NCBI GenBank assembly: GCA_040755995.1
Contig: JBFMAF010000028.1
Location: forward strand, 128,001 to 192,000
Reading direction: 5' to 3'
Length of the DNA: 64,000 bases
Source of the DNA: Acidobacteriota bacterium
GTDB taxonomy: Bacteria > Acidobacteriota > CAIWXX01
In this document: positions 43,636 through 51,626 of the stretch, in pieces
Position numbering within the stretch: the first letter of the stretch is position 1
Layout: each line of letters opens with the position of its first letter
The notes under the pieces: model-generated
What the model saw: only the letters and a program-made list of their open reading frames with translations
Told to the model about the DNA's origin: nothing
Databases searched by the model: none
Made by a program: the position numbers and the translations under genes

Positions 43636-44136
43636 CTCGAATCGGCTCAGGCACCATGCGCAACGCAGGGTCACGGCGTCGTCCCATCTGCCATTCGAGA
43701 TATCGTAAGCGACCGATGCCGTGACGGTCGGCGGGCGCAGCTACAGAGCCCGCGCGATTTCATTCAGGCAGTACCCATCGGGCATCCGCGCCGAATGCGG
43801 TGTCATCAGGAGGACTACCCTGCCCGTCCGTGGGATCTCGGAGGCCCAGTCAAGGCCTTGCTCGATATGGCTCTCCCAGTCCGCGCCGGGCTTGAGCTTC
43901 TCCACGTCGAACCAGACGGCATGCCCATGCGCGACAAGGTCTTCTTTCAATCTCTGAGCAACCGCAGCATGTTCGTCATGCCCGTAGCTCAGAAAGATGC
44001 GGCGGGAGGTACGCAGCTTCCCGGCCGAGAACTCATCGCAGCAATCCACGCACACCTGAACTTGGCGCTTGGGGCTGAAGTGGAGATTCGGCGACCCGCA
44101 CGCGGGGCAGACCGTATCGGCTGGCAGACCCGACAT
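43630..44136 (-). pseudogene. Truncated zinc-ribbon + TIR protein
   Basis: CPACG...CVDC; TIR RIFLSYGHD...VWFD...PDGYCLNEIARAL then TAG at 43741-43743; in-frame tail ...GRWDDAVTLRCAWC. Confidence 0.75.
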
Positions 44137-44223
44137 TTCGCGGGGATTCTAAGGAAGCGCGTGGGACATGACAATGTGCGGGAGCCGCGCAGCCGCGCAT
44201 CTGACAGGAGGCGCAGAAATCGC

Positions 44224-44252
44224 TTGACTGGCGGGCTTCACCTGCCTATGTT
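44224..44252 (+). promoter_or_regulatory. Putative sigma70 promoter of Nudix-channel-synthetase operon
   Basis: TTGACT-17-TATGTT. Confidence 0.5.
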
Positions 44253-44426
44253 GGGATACCATGTCTCTGGAATGGCGCAGCGAACACTGCTCTGTCCGCT
44301 GCCGCGTCAGTCTGGAGTCCTGGATTCTGAAAGAGAGGTCCCGAGCACTCGGGCCCGATTCCCGAGAAGATCTGCACTGGAGCACAATACGGACGCGCAG
44401 TCGTCCCGAAAGCGGAGGTGGATCGA

Positions 44427-44837
44427 ATGGACAAGCCGTTAGGGGTCGCGGGGAAATCGATCATCAGGAAACAGGGCAAGATCCTTCTGCTCCAACGCTC
44501 GCTGAGCTCCACGCATGACCCCGGCTTGTGGGAGCTGCCGGGCGGGAAGATCGAATATGGCGAGGTCCTGACGGAGGCGCTCGAACGAGAGGTCACAGAA
44601 GAAACCGGGCTCACGATCGAGGTACGCAAACCCATCACGACGTGGCACTTCTACAAGCTGCCGTTCTGGGTCACCGGGGTCACGTTCCTGTGCGACCACG
44701 TCGGCGGCGATGTCACGCTGAGCTCGGAGCACTACACGTACGCCTGGATCGATCCCCTGGAGTACCGTAACTACTCGCTGAGCACCTCCATGAAGGAACA
44801 GATCGAGGCGTATCTCGAGAGCCAACGACTGTCATAA
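44427..44837 (+). CDS. Nudix hydrolase
   Basis: Complete Nudix box GKIEYGEVLTEALEREVTEETGL; WELPGG; SEH..YAW; RBS GGAGGT. Confidence 0.93.
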   Translation: MDKPLGVAGKSIIRKQGKILLLQRSLSSTHDPGLWELPGGKIEYGEVLTEALEREVTEETGLTIEVRKPITTWHFYKLPFWVTGVTFLCDHVGGDVTLSSEHYTYAWIDPLEYRNYSLSTSMKEQIEAYLESQRLS

Positions 44838-44852
44838 CGCGATGCAAGTGCG

Positions 44853-46685
44853 ATGACAGAGGCGACCACTAAGCCATCCCGCCGGGCACCGGCGCACCCG
44901 AGGAGATCGCTCTGGCGGAATCGCGTCAGGTCATTCTGGCTCGACATCCGATGGTTTGTCCTGGGCGCCCTGACTGTCTTCACCTTGGGTCTCGGCTGCG
45001 TGGGATTCCATGGGCACTTCGAACTGACGGGTGAATACAGGTCGCCTGGCGATCTCCTCTACCTCTCGCTGCAGCTGTTCACGCTCGAGTCCGGCTCGAT
45101 TGTGCCTCCGATCCCATGGCAGCTCCAGATCGCGCGCCTGCTCGCTCCGGCAATCGCCGTCTACACCGCGGTGCAGGCGCTGCTCGCCCTCTTCCACGAG
45201 CAGCTGCAGCTACTCCGCGTGCGCTTCGTGAAGAACCACGTCGTCATCTGCGGGCTCGGCCAGCGCGGCCTGCACCTCGCGCAGGGATTCCGCGACCGCG
45301 GATACCGCGTGGTCGTCGTGGAACATGACGAGGATGATCCGCTGATCGGATCGTGCCGCGAACGCGGTGCGATCGTTCTGATGGGTGACGCCAGAGATCC
45401 GGCCATCTTGCGAAAGGCGAGAGTCCACCGCGCCGCATACCTGGTCGCGGTCTGCAGCGACGATGGGATCAACACGGAGGTGGCTATCCAGGCTGAGAAG
45501 CTGGTCCGGAGTCGCCGGGGGTCAGTGCTGGCGACTTTCATCCACATAGAGGACGTCGAGCTCTGCAGCCTGCTCCGTGAGCGAGGGCTGGCAAGCGAGG
45601 AGATCTCATCGTTCCGCCTCGAGTTCTTCAACATCCTCGAGACCGGCGCCCGGCTGATGCTCGACCACTTCCCGGCTCTGGAGAGGCCGCCGGGCGAAGA
45701 GGTCCCGGACTCGCCCGCAGCACCTCCGCACATCGTTGTGATCGGTCTGGGCAAGATGGGACGAAGCCTGGTGGTTGAGGCGGGGAGACGCTGGTGGCTG
45801 AGGCATTCATCCGACGGCAGCAGACTCCGCATCACCGCACTCGACAATGCGGCCGACACGAAGAAGGCGGTCCTGTGCATCCGCTACCCGCAGCTGGACA
45901 GGGCCTGCGACATCACCCCTTTCCAGATCGATCTGAGCTCCATCGAATTCGAACGAGGCGACTTCATCTTTGCCCCCGGCAGCCGGTGTGATGTTAGCAT
46001 CGTATATCTCTGCTTTGACGACGACGTGCACGCGCTCGCGGCTGCACTGTCGCTCCACCAGAGAACCCGCGAATACCGAATCCCGATCATAGTCCGAATG
46101 AGCCACGACGGGGGACTGGCTTCGCTGATGCAGCCGCTGGCGGGCGGGCCGGGCACATTCGAAGACCTCCACGCATTCGGCATGCTGGAACGCGCGTGCA
46201 CGCCGGAGCTGCTGCTGAGCGGCACGCACGAGCAGCTCGCGCAGGCGTTCCACGAACAATACGTGGTAGGGCGAGAAAAGGCAGGCGACACGCCGCAGAC
46301 CAACAAGGCCATGGTGCCATGGCATGCGCTGCCGGAGGGCCTCAAGGAGTCCAACCGGCGCCAGGCGGACGACGTGGCCGTTAAGCTCAAGGCGGTCGGG
46401 TGTCGAATCATGCCTCTGGCCGACTGGGCGCAGCCGCCGCTGGAGCTCACACGGGAGGAAGTGGAGCTTCTGGCGAAGATGGAACATGCGCGCTGGTGCG
46501 ATGAGCGCCGCACGGCCGGCTGGCGCTATGCACCGCCGCCGAAAAACGAGGCGAAGAAGACTAGCCCGTATCTCGCAGCGTGGGGGGAGCTTGATGAGAA
46601 GACGAAGGACATCGATCGCGACGCGATGCGCTCCATCCCTGCGACCCTGGCACGGGCGGGGTTCCAGACCTATCGACAGAGATAG
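44853..46685 (+). CDS. Membrane protein: 2TM/pore-like segment + two TrkA-N (RCK) domains + two RyR repeats
   Basis: TM-LYLSLQLFTLESG-TM; HVVICGLGQRG and HIVVIGLGKMG Rossmann motifs; RyR repeats PW..LPE.LKESNR.QAD and LAKMEH.RW...GWRY...KTSPYL..W..L..K..DR. Confidence 0.88.
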   Translation: MTEATTKPSRRAPAHPRRSLWRNRVRSFWLDIRWFVLGALTVFTLGLGCVGFHGHFELTGEYRSPGDLLYLSLQLFTLESGSIVPPIPWQLQIARLLAPAIAVYTAVQALLALFHEQLQLLRVRFVKNHVVICGLGQRGLHLAQGFRDRGYRVVVVEHDEDDPLIGSCRERGAIVLMGDARDPAILRKARVHRAAYLVAVCSDDGINTEVAIQAEKLVRSRRGSVLATFIHIEDVELCSLLRERGLASEEISSFRLEFFNILETGARLMLDHFPALERPPGEEVPDSPAAPPHIVVIGLGKMGRSLVVEAGRRWWLRHSSDGSRLRITALDNAADTKKAVLCIRYPQLDRACDITPFQIDLSSIEFERGDFIFAPGSRCDVSIVYLCFDDDVHALAAALSLHQRTREYRIPIIVRMSHDGGLASLMQPLAGGPGTFEDLHAFGMLERACTPELLLSGTHEQLAQAFHEQYVVGREKAGDTPQTNKAMVPWHALPEGLKESNRRQADDVAVKLKAVGCRIMPLADWAQPPLELTREEVELLAKMEHARWCDERRTAGWRYAPPPKNEAKKTSPYLAAWGELDEKTKDIDRDAMRSIPATLARAGFQTYRQR

Positions 46686-46704
46686 GAAGCCAGAGGAGGC
46701 CGTC

Positions 46705-49212
46705 ATGCATGAGCGGAACACCGACTCGAAGTCAGCTGACCGTGAATGGGCCCGGAAACAGATCGCCACATTCCGATCGCGGCTGGGGGACTACGAGGGG
46801 TTTGCCAGGGTACTGAAGGCGGTGCTGGAGCAGGTCGCCCGAAAGCTCGCTCCGCAGGCCATCGTCCAGACGCGCCCCAAGTCCATCGCCAGTTTCGCCG
46901 ACAAGATCTACCGCAAGAGGGCCGGGCACAAGGACCCCGTCAACCAGTTCACGGACCTGTGCGGCGGCAGGGTCATCGTGCACACGCCGGAAGAGGTGAA
47001 GGCAATCTCCAAGTTCATCGAGGATCACTTCATTATCGACTGGGACAACAGCGTCGACGTCAGCCAGCGCCACAAGCCCACCGAGTTCGGTTACCGCTCC
47101 GTTCACTACATCGTCAGCTTCAAGCGGCGCGCCTTTCCCAATGCGTGGGCGGATGTGAAAGTCCCCAGGTTTCTTCTCGATATGAAGAACCCCCGCGCCG
47201 AGATCCAGGTCAGAACCCTCCTCGAACATGCGTGGGCGGACATCTCTCATGACCTCGTGTACAAGTGCGGCTTCAAGATACCCTCGGGCCTCGAGCGCGA
47301 GCTTGCGGCAGTGGCCGCCCTTCTCGAGAACGCGGACAGCTCTTTCTCGCGTATCGTGACCGCGTTGCGCACGTATGCATCCTCTTATGGCGTCTACATG
47401 ACGCCGGGTCGGATGCGCCAGCAGATCGAACTTCTGGAGTTCGTGTTGGGGCACGACCGCGAGAACGTGCAGCTGGCTTCGAAGCTCGGGCAGCTGGCCA
47501 TCTCGCTTGGCGATTGGGAACTGGCCGTGCGAGTGTTGGGGAAGCACACCCGGAGCGGCCACACGGTCGTTCTGAGAGACCTGGGCAGGTCCCTGTGCAA
47601 GCTCCACGCGCAGAATCCCCGTGGTCGTGATTACCGGCAGGGCCAGAGGTTCTTGGAGAAAGCCGCTTCCGGCGCGGAACCAGACCGGGATGCGATTGCC
47701 ATGCTGGCTGGGACCTGGAGGCGCGTCGACACCGAGAAGGCGCGGCAGCTGTACCTGCGCGCCTACGAGATGGATCCGACGGATTGCTATGCGCTCGGGA
47801 ACCATCTGGACGCCGAAATCGAGGCCCGGAAGGACGTGTCGATCGTCCAGCTGATGACTCCCGTCATCCTCGCGTCGATCAATCGCTGCCGGCAGCAGGC
47901 AAGGGTGGGCATCAACCTCCCCTATGCGTTTTACGCCATGGGGAAGTTCTACCTGTACATGGAAAGACCCTACGAGAGCCTTGTCGCATATGCCAAGGCC
48001 CTCCAGCTCAGCAGCGCGCCGTTCATGATCGAAAGCCCGCTTCGATCGATTGAGGGATTGAAGCCGATCCGGGATACGCTCGCCGGGTACAACTGGGTAC
48101 ACACCCTGCTGCTAGCGGGACTCGCCGCGAAGTTCCCGACCGACGCACGGCGCAAGGCGCTCAAGGAACTCGCTTCGACGAAGCCGATCGAACCGCCGAT
48201 AGTCATCGTTGCGGGCGGCTGTGATCCCGCGTTCGAGCAGGAGATGTCGAGCTATCGAGACCTGGTGATCGGTGCTTTCCGAGATTACACGGGAACGGTC
48301 ATCTCCGGCGGCACGATCGAAGGGATCAGTGGATTCGTGGGAGACCTGGCAGAGAAGTATCGAGGGTCGATTCGCACACTATCCTACCTCCCCAAGATGA
48401 TCCCCTCAGACGCCACGTTGGACCGGAGGTATGATGAAATCCGCAGGACGGAGGGCTCGGGGTTCAGTCCGTTGGAGCCGCTTCAGAACTGGGTGGACAT
48501 CATCAGCGCCGGAATCTACCCCGCGACGGTGAAGGTCCTGGGGATCAACGGGGGCAGCATCTCGGCGGTGGAATACCGGCTGGCCCTGGCTCTTGGCGCC
48601 AAGGTCGGCATCGTCGAAGACAGCGGCCGCGAGGCCGCTAAGTTGTGGCCCGACGAGGACTGGGGCTCGGCCGAAGGGTTGGCGAAACTTCCCAAAGATC
48701 CCATGACGCTCCGTGCCTTCATCGGCACGGGCGAGCCACGCTGGAAGGAAGATGAGCGGAAGGCCGTGGCGCAGGCGATCCACCAGGAATACAGGATGAA
48801 TCGCATGAAACGGGAGATTGAGGCTGATACCGCAATGGCACCCTGGGGAGCCTTGCGAGAGGAGCTGGTGCGATCGAACCTTCAACAAGCTGACCACGTC
48901 TTCGAGAAACTCGGAGAGATCGGGTGCACGCTCGTGAAGATATCGGGAAGGAAGATCAAGCTGCTCAGGTTCACAGGTGACGAGGTGGAGAAGATGGCCG
49001 AGATGGAGCACGGAAGGTGGAACGCGGAGCGACTGCTGGATGGATGGAGTTGGGCGCCGGACCGCGATCCTCTGAAGAAGACCAGCCCGTACCTGGTGGC
49101 ATGGGCGGACCTGCCGGAGGATGTGAGGGAGTGGGATCGGGCCACGGTGCGCAAGATTCCAGAGTTCCTGGCGAACATCGGGTACGAGGTCCGGAGGGGT
49201 CGGAGGCGATAG
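46705..49212 (+). CDS. RelA/SpoT-type synthetase + TPR + SLOG-like domain + two RyR repeats
   Basis: RPKSIASF..K, DLCGGRVI, GYRSVHYIV, EIQVRTLLEHAWADISH.L.YK; TPR-like helices; ISGGT..GI and GG.IS..EY.LA...G..V...SGR.A; C-terminal RyR repeats; RBS GAGGAGG. Confidence 0.88.
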   Translation: MHERNTDSKSADREWARKQIATFRSRLGDYEGFARVLKAVLEQVARKLAPQAIVQTRPKSIASFADKIYRKRAGHKDPVNQFTDLCGGRVIVHTPEEVKAISKFIEDHFIIDWDNSVDVSQRHKPTEFGYRSVHYIVSFKRRAFPNAWADVKVPRFLLDMKNPRAEIQVRTLLEHAWADISHDLVYKCGFKIPSGLERELAAVAALLENADSSFSRIVTALRTYASSYGVYMTPGRMRQQIELLEFVLGHDRENVQLASKLGQLAISLGDWELAVRVLGKHTRSGHTVVLRDLGRSLCKLHAQNPRGRDYRQGQRFLEKAASGAEPDRDAIAMLAGTWRRVDTEKARQLYLRAYEMDPTDCYALGNHLDAEIEARKDVSIVQLMTPVILASINRCRQQARVGINLPYAFYAMGKFYLYMERPYESLVAYAKALQLSSAPFMIESPLRSIEGLKPIRDTLAGYNWVHTLLLAGLAAKFPTDARRKALKELASTKPIEPPIVIVAGGCDPAFEQEMSSYRDLVIGAFRDYTGTVISGGTIEGISGFVGDLAEKYRGSIRTLSYLPKMIPSDATLDRRYDEIRRTEGSGFSPLEPLQNWVDIISAGIYPATVKVLGINGGSISAVEYRLALALGAKVGIVEDSGREAAKLWPDEDWGSAEGLAKLPKDPMTLRAFIGTGEPRWKEDERKAVAQAIHQEYRMNRMKREIEADTAMAPWGALREELVRSNLQQADHVFEKLGEIGCTLVKISGRKIKLLRFTGDEVEKMAEMEHGRWNAERLLDGWSWAPDRDPLKKTSPYLVAWADLPEDVREWDRATVRKIPEFLANIGYEVRRGRRR

Positions 49213-49276
49213 GCCCTGAGGCGTCGGCCTCTGCCGGGCAGAATCGGACGGCGCGCTGCCCTCGACGACCCACGCC

Positions 49277-49435
49277 CTATCGCGCCGGAAGCCCCCGTGC
49301 AAACGAGGTCTCTCCGTGCTCTGCACCTGCTGGCGGCATCTTGACGATCTTCCCTCTTATGAGCTCAACGTGCGCGTCCTCGTCCGGCATGCGTTCGAGC
49401 TCCGCTGCGGTGATCCGTCGCGCTTGGACTGTCAT
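49277..49435 (-). pseudogene. Uma2 endonuclease N-terminal fragment
   Basis: MTVQARRITAAELERMPDEDAHVELIRGKIVKMPPAGAEHG.. stops after 52 aa. Confidence 0.7.
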
Positions 49436-49552
49436 CGGCCTTCTCTCGGCGTCTCTTTGAATAATACAATCCGCTTCTCTGCGGCGTCAAGGAGAGCTTG
49501 GGATCCAGGGATCCAGGCGATCCCTTGACAGCGCCCGGACCCGTGCCTATAG

Positions 49553-49882
49553 TTGCCTTATGAAATCCAGGGCGCGCCCGAGCCGGTGAGGGCCCGCCTC
49601 CTGGAGATACCGGAAAGGCACCAAGTGATGTTGGCGGATACACCCGATGCGGCTGAGTTGGCGGAGGCCTACCTTAAGCACGGGGTTGTGGGGCCAGGCA
49701 GCCGCTCGGACGCGCTGCACGTCGCGTTGGCTACGCTCGGACGTGTGGATGTGCTGGCCAGCTGGAACTTCAAGCACATCGTGAACCTTGGCCGGATAAG
49801 GCTGTTCAATGCTGTGAACCTGGAACAGGGATTCGGATTGATCGAGATCCGTACCCCACAGGAGGTGGTGTCTGATGACTAG
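49553..49882 (+). pseudogene. PIN-domain protein lacking N-terminus
   Basis: EI..AP...LAEAYL...DALHVALAT...D.L.SWNFKHIVN...IEIRTP.EV; first PIN motif (DTSV-type) absent. Confidence 0.75.
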
Positions 49883-50089
49883 GACGTTCGATGCGGTTGC
49901 GTGGATGAGACGCCGGCGCATAGAGATGATGAAGAGGACGCTCTGCTCACCTGGGATGACAAACGAGATCGGACACGGCGAGTGCTCCAACAAGATCCGC
50001 TCTGGCAGCGGCTTCGTGACCGCATGAGCCCCATACAAGCATCATACGATCGCCCGTCGAGTAGAGAAGGCGTAGGTGGCGCGGCGTGA
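49875..50089 (+). pseudogene. Frameshifted small partner gene of PIN protein
   Basis: MTRTFDAVAWMRRRRIE continues in another frame as DEEDALLTWDDKRDRTRRVL..DPLWQRL; apparent 1-nt loss near 49927. Confidence 0.55.
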
Positions 50090-50244
50090 TCGGCGGCTTA
50101 GAATCGGAAACCTGCTGCCCCATCCTGAGGTCGAGCGCTCTTCCGCTTACGAGTGCCGACTCGACGGCGTCGTGCACGAGATCGGACCCGTCCTCGTAGC
50201 AGAGTAGTGACTGTTTCGCCTTTGTTGTCTATGCGAGAACACGT

Positions 50245-51603
50245 TCACTCCTCTCCTTGCGGGGTTTTCCGCTCGCGCAGGCCGTACTTGCTCATGTAGT
50301 AGCGGAGCGAGCGGGGGGTGATGCCGAGCAGGTCCGCCGCGTCCTTCTGGACTCCGCCGCTCAGATCGAGCGCCCTCACGATGTAGTTCTTCTCGATCTC
50401 CTGTATGTACTCCTCCAGCTTGAACCCCTCCCCGACTTCGGGCGAGCCGTGCGGGAGGCCTCGATAGGCGGGCGCGCGGCGCCCGCCGATCCGCTCCGGG
50501 AGACTTTCAGCGGTGATGACGGTGGTGCTCTCCAGGGCGACGGCCCGTTCGACGGCGTTCTCGAGCTCTCGGACGTTCCCGGGCCAGTCCCACTGCTGCA
50601 GGAGCGCGGCCGCCTCCGGCGAGAATCCCGTGATCGACTTGTCATTCTGTCTGGCGAACCTGGCCAAAAAGTGCTCGGCGATCGGCATGATGTCCTCGAC
50701 CCGCTCCCTCAGCGGCGGGATGAAGATGGGGATGACGTTGACCCGGTAGAAGAGGTCCTCGCGGAACTTGCCCTCCGCCGCCAGCTTCGGAAGATCCTTG
50801 TTGGTCGCGGCAATGATCCTCACGTCCACGGGGATGTCTTTGACTCCACCGATACGGCGTATGATGCGATCCTGCAGGAAACGCAGGAGCTTCACCTGCA
50901 TCGGCGGGGACATCTCGGCGATCTCGTCGAGGAGAAGCGTCCCGTGGTCTGCGACCTCCAGAAGGCCCTTCTTGTTGGTGACGGAGCCGGTGAAAGACCC
51001 TTTCATGTGGCCGAACAGCTCGCTCTCGAGCAGCGTGTCGGGGAGAGCGCCGCAGTTGATAGAGAAGAACCGGTGGTCCCGCCGCAGGCTGCTGGCGTGC
51101 ACCCGAAGTGCCACCAGTTCCTTGCCCGTGCCGCTCTCGCCCATCAGCAGGATGGTTGAGTTGGTGCGCGCCACCTGGTCGGCCAGCTTCAGAATCTGCT
51201 CCATCTTCGGGCTCTTCCACACGATCTCCTTGCCCAGCAGGTTCTTCTTCTCCAGCGCCTGCCTCACCACCAGCCGGATCTCGTCGATGTCGAACGGCTT
51301 GGTGATGTAGTCGATCGCGCCGAGCTTCAAACTGTCCACGGCGCTCTTGGGCGATGCATATGCGGTGATCATGACGACCGAGGTAGCCGGGGAGAATTCC
51401 TTGGTGAACCTGAGCAGGTCGATGCCGTCGCCGTCCGGCATGATGATGTCGCTGATCACCAGGTCGATGCTCTCGTCGGTCAGCACTCGCTTCGCCTGCT
51501 CCCCGCTCTCCGCAGTAAACACCGTGTAGTCCTGCTTCTTGAGCATGATTGCGAGCACGTCTCGCATGCTCGCTTCGTCATCCACGACCAGTATTGTGCT
51601 CAT
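50245..51603 (-). CDS. pilR: sigma54-dependent response regulator, PilR-like
   Basis: Receiver LVVDDE..D..MP; GESGTGKE, ESELFGH..GSFTG, WPGNVREL; Fis HTH; pil context. Confidence 0.88.
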   Translation of the reverse strand: MSTILVVDDEASMRDVLAIMLKKQDYTVFTAESGEQAKRVLTDESIDLVISDIIMPDGDGIDLLRFTKEFSPATSVVMITAYASPKSAVDSLKLGAIDYITKPFDIDEIRLVVRQALEKKNLLGKEIVWKSPKMEQILKLADQVARTNSTILLMGESGTGKELVALRVHASSLRRDHRFFSINCGALPDTLLESELFGHMKGSFTGSVTNKKGLLEVADHGTLLLDEIAEMSPPMQVKLLRFLQDRIIRRIGGVKDIPVDVRIIAATNKDLPKLAAEGKFREDLFYRVNVIPIFIPPLRERVEDIMPIAEHFLARFARQNDKSITGFSPEAAALLQQWDWPGNVRELENAVERAVALESTTVITAESLPERIGGRRAPAYRGLPHGSPEVGEGFKLEEYIQEIEKNYIVRALDLSGGVQKDAADLLGITPRSLRYYMSKYGLRERKTPQGEE

Positions 51604-51626
51604 CGGCGGATCCCCTCTGCCGTTCC

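Noticed and set aside
43741..43743. Pyrrolysine or stop-codon readthrough at the TIR TAG
   Set aside because: The downstream residues do not complete a TIR fold and no recoding machinery is in view; deletion is the simpler explanation
46324..46704. 127-aa N-terminal extension of the synthetase ORF in the ORF track
   Set aside because: Overlaps the channel gene in another frame; a strong RBS supports ATG 46705
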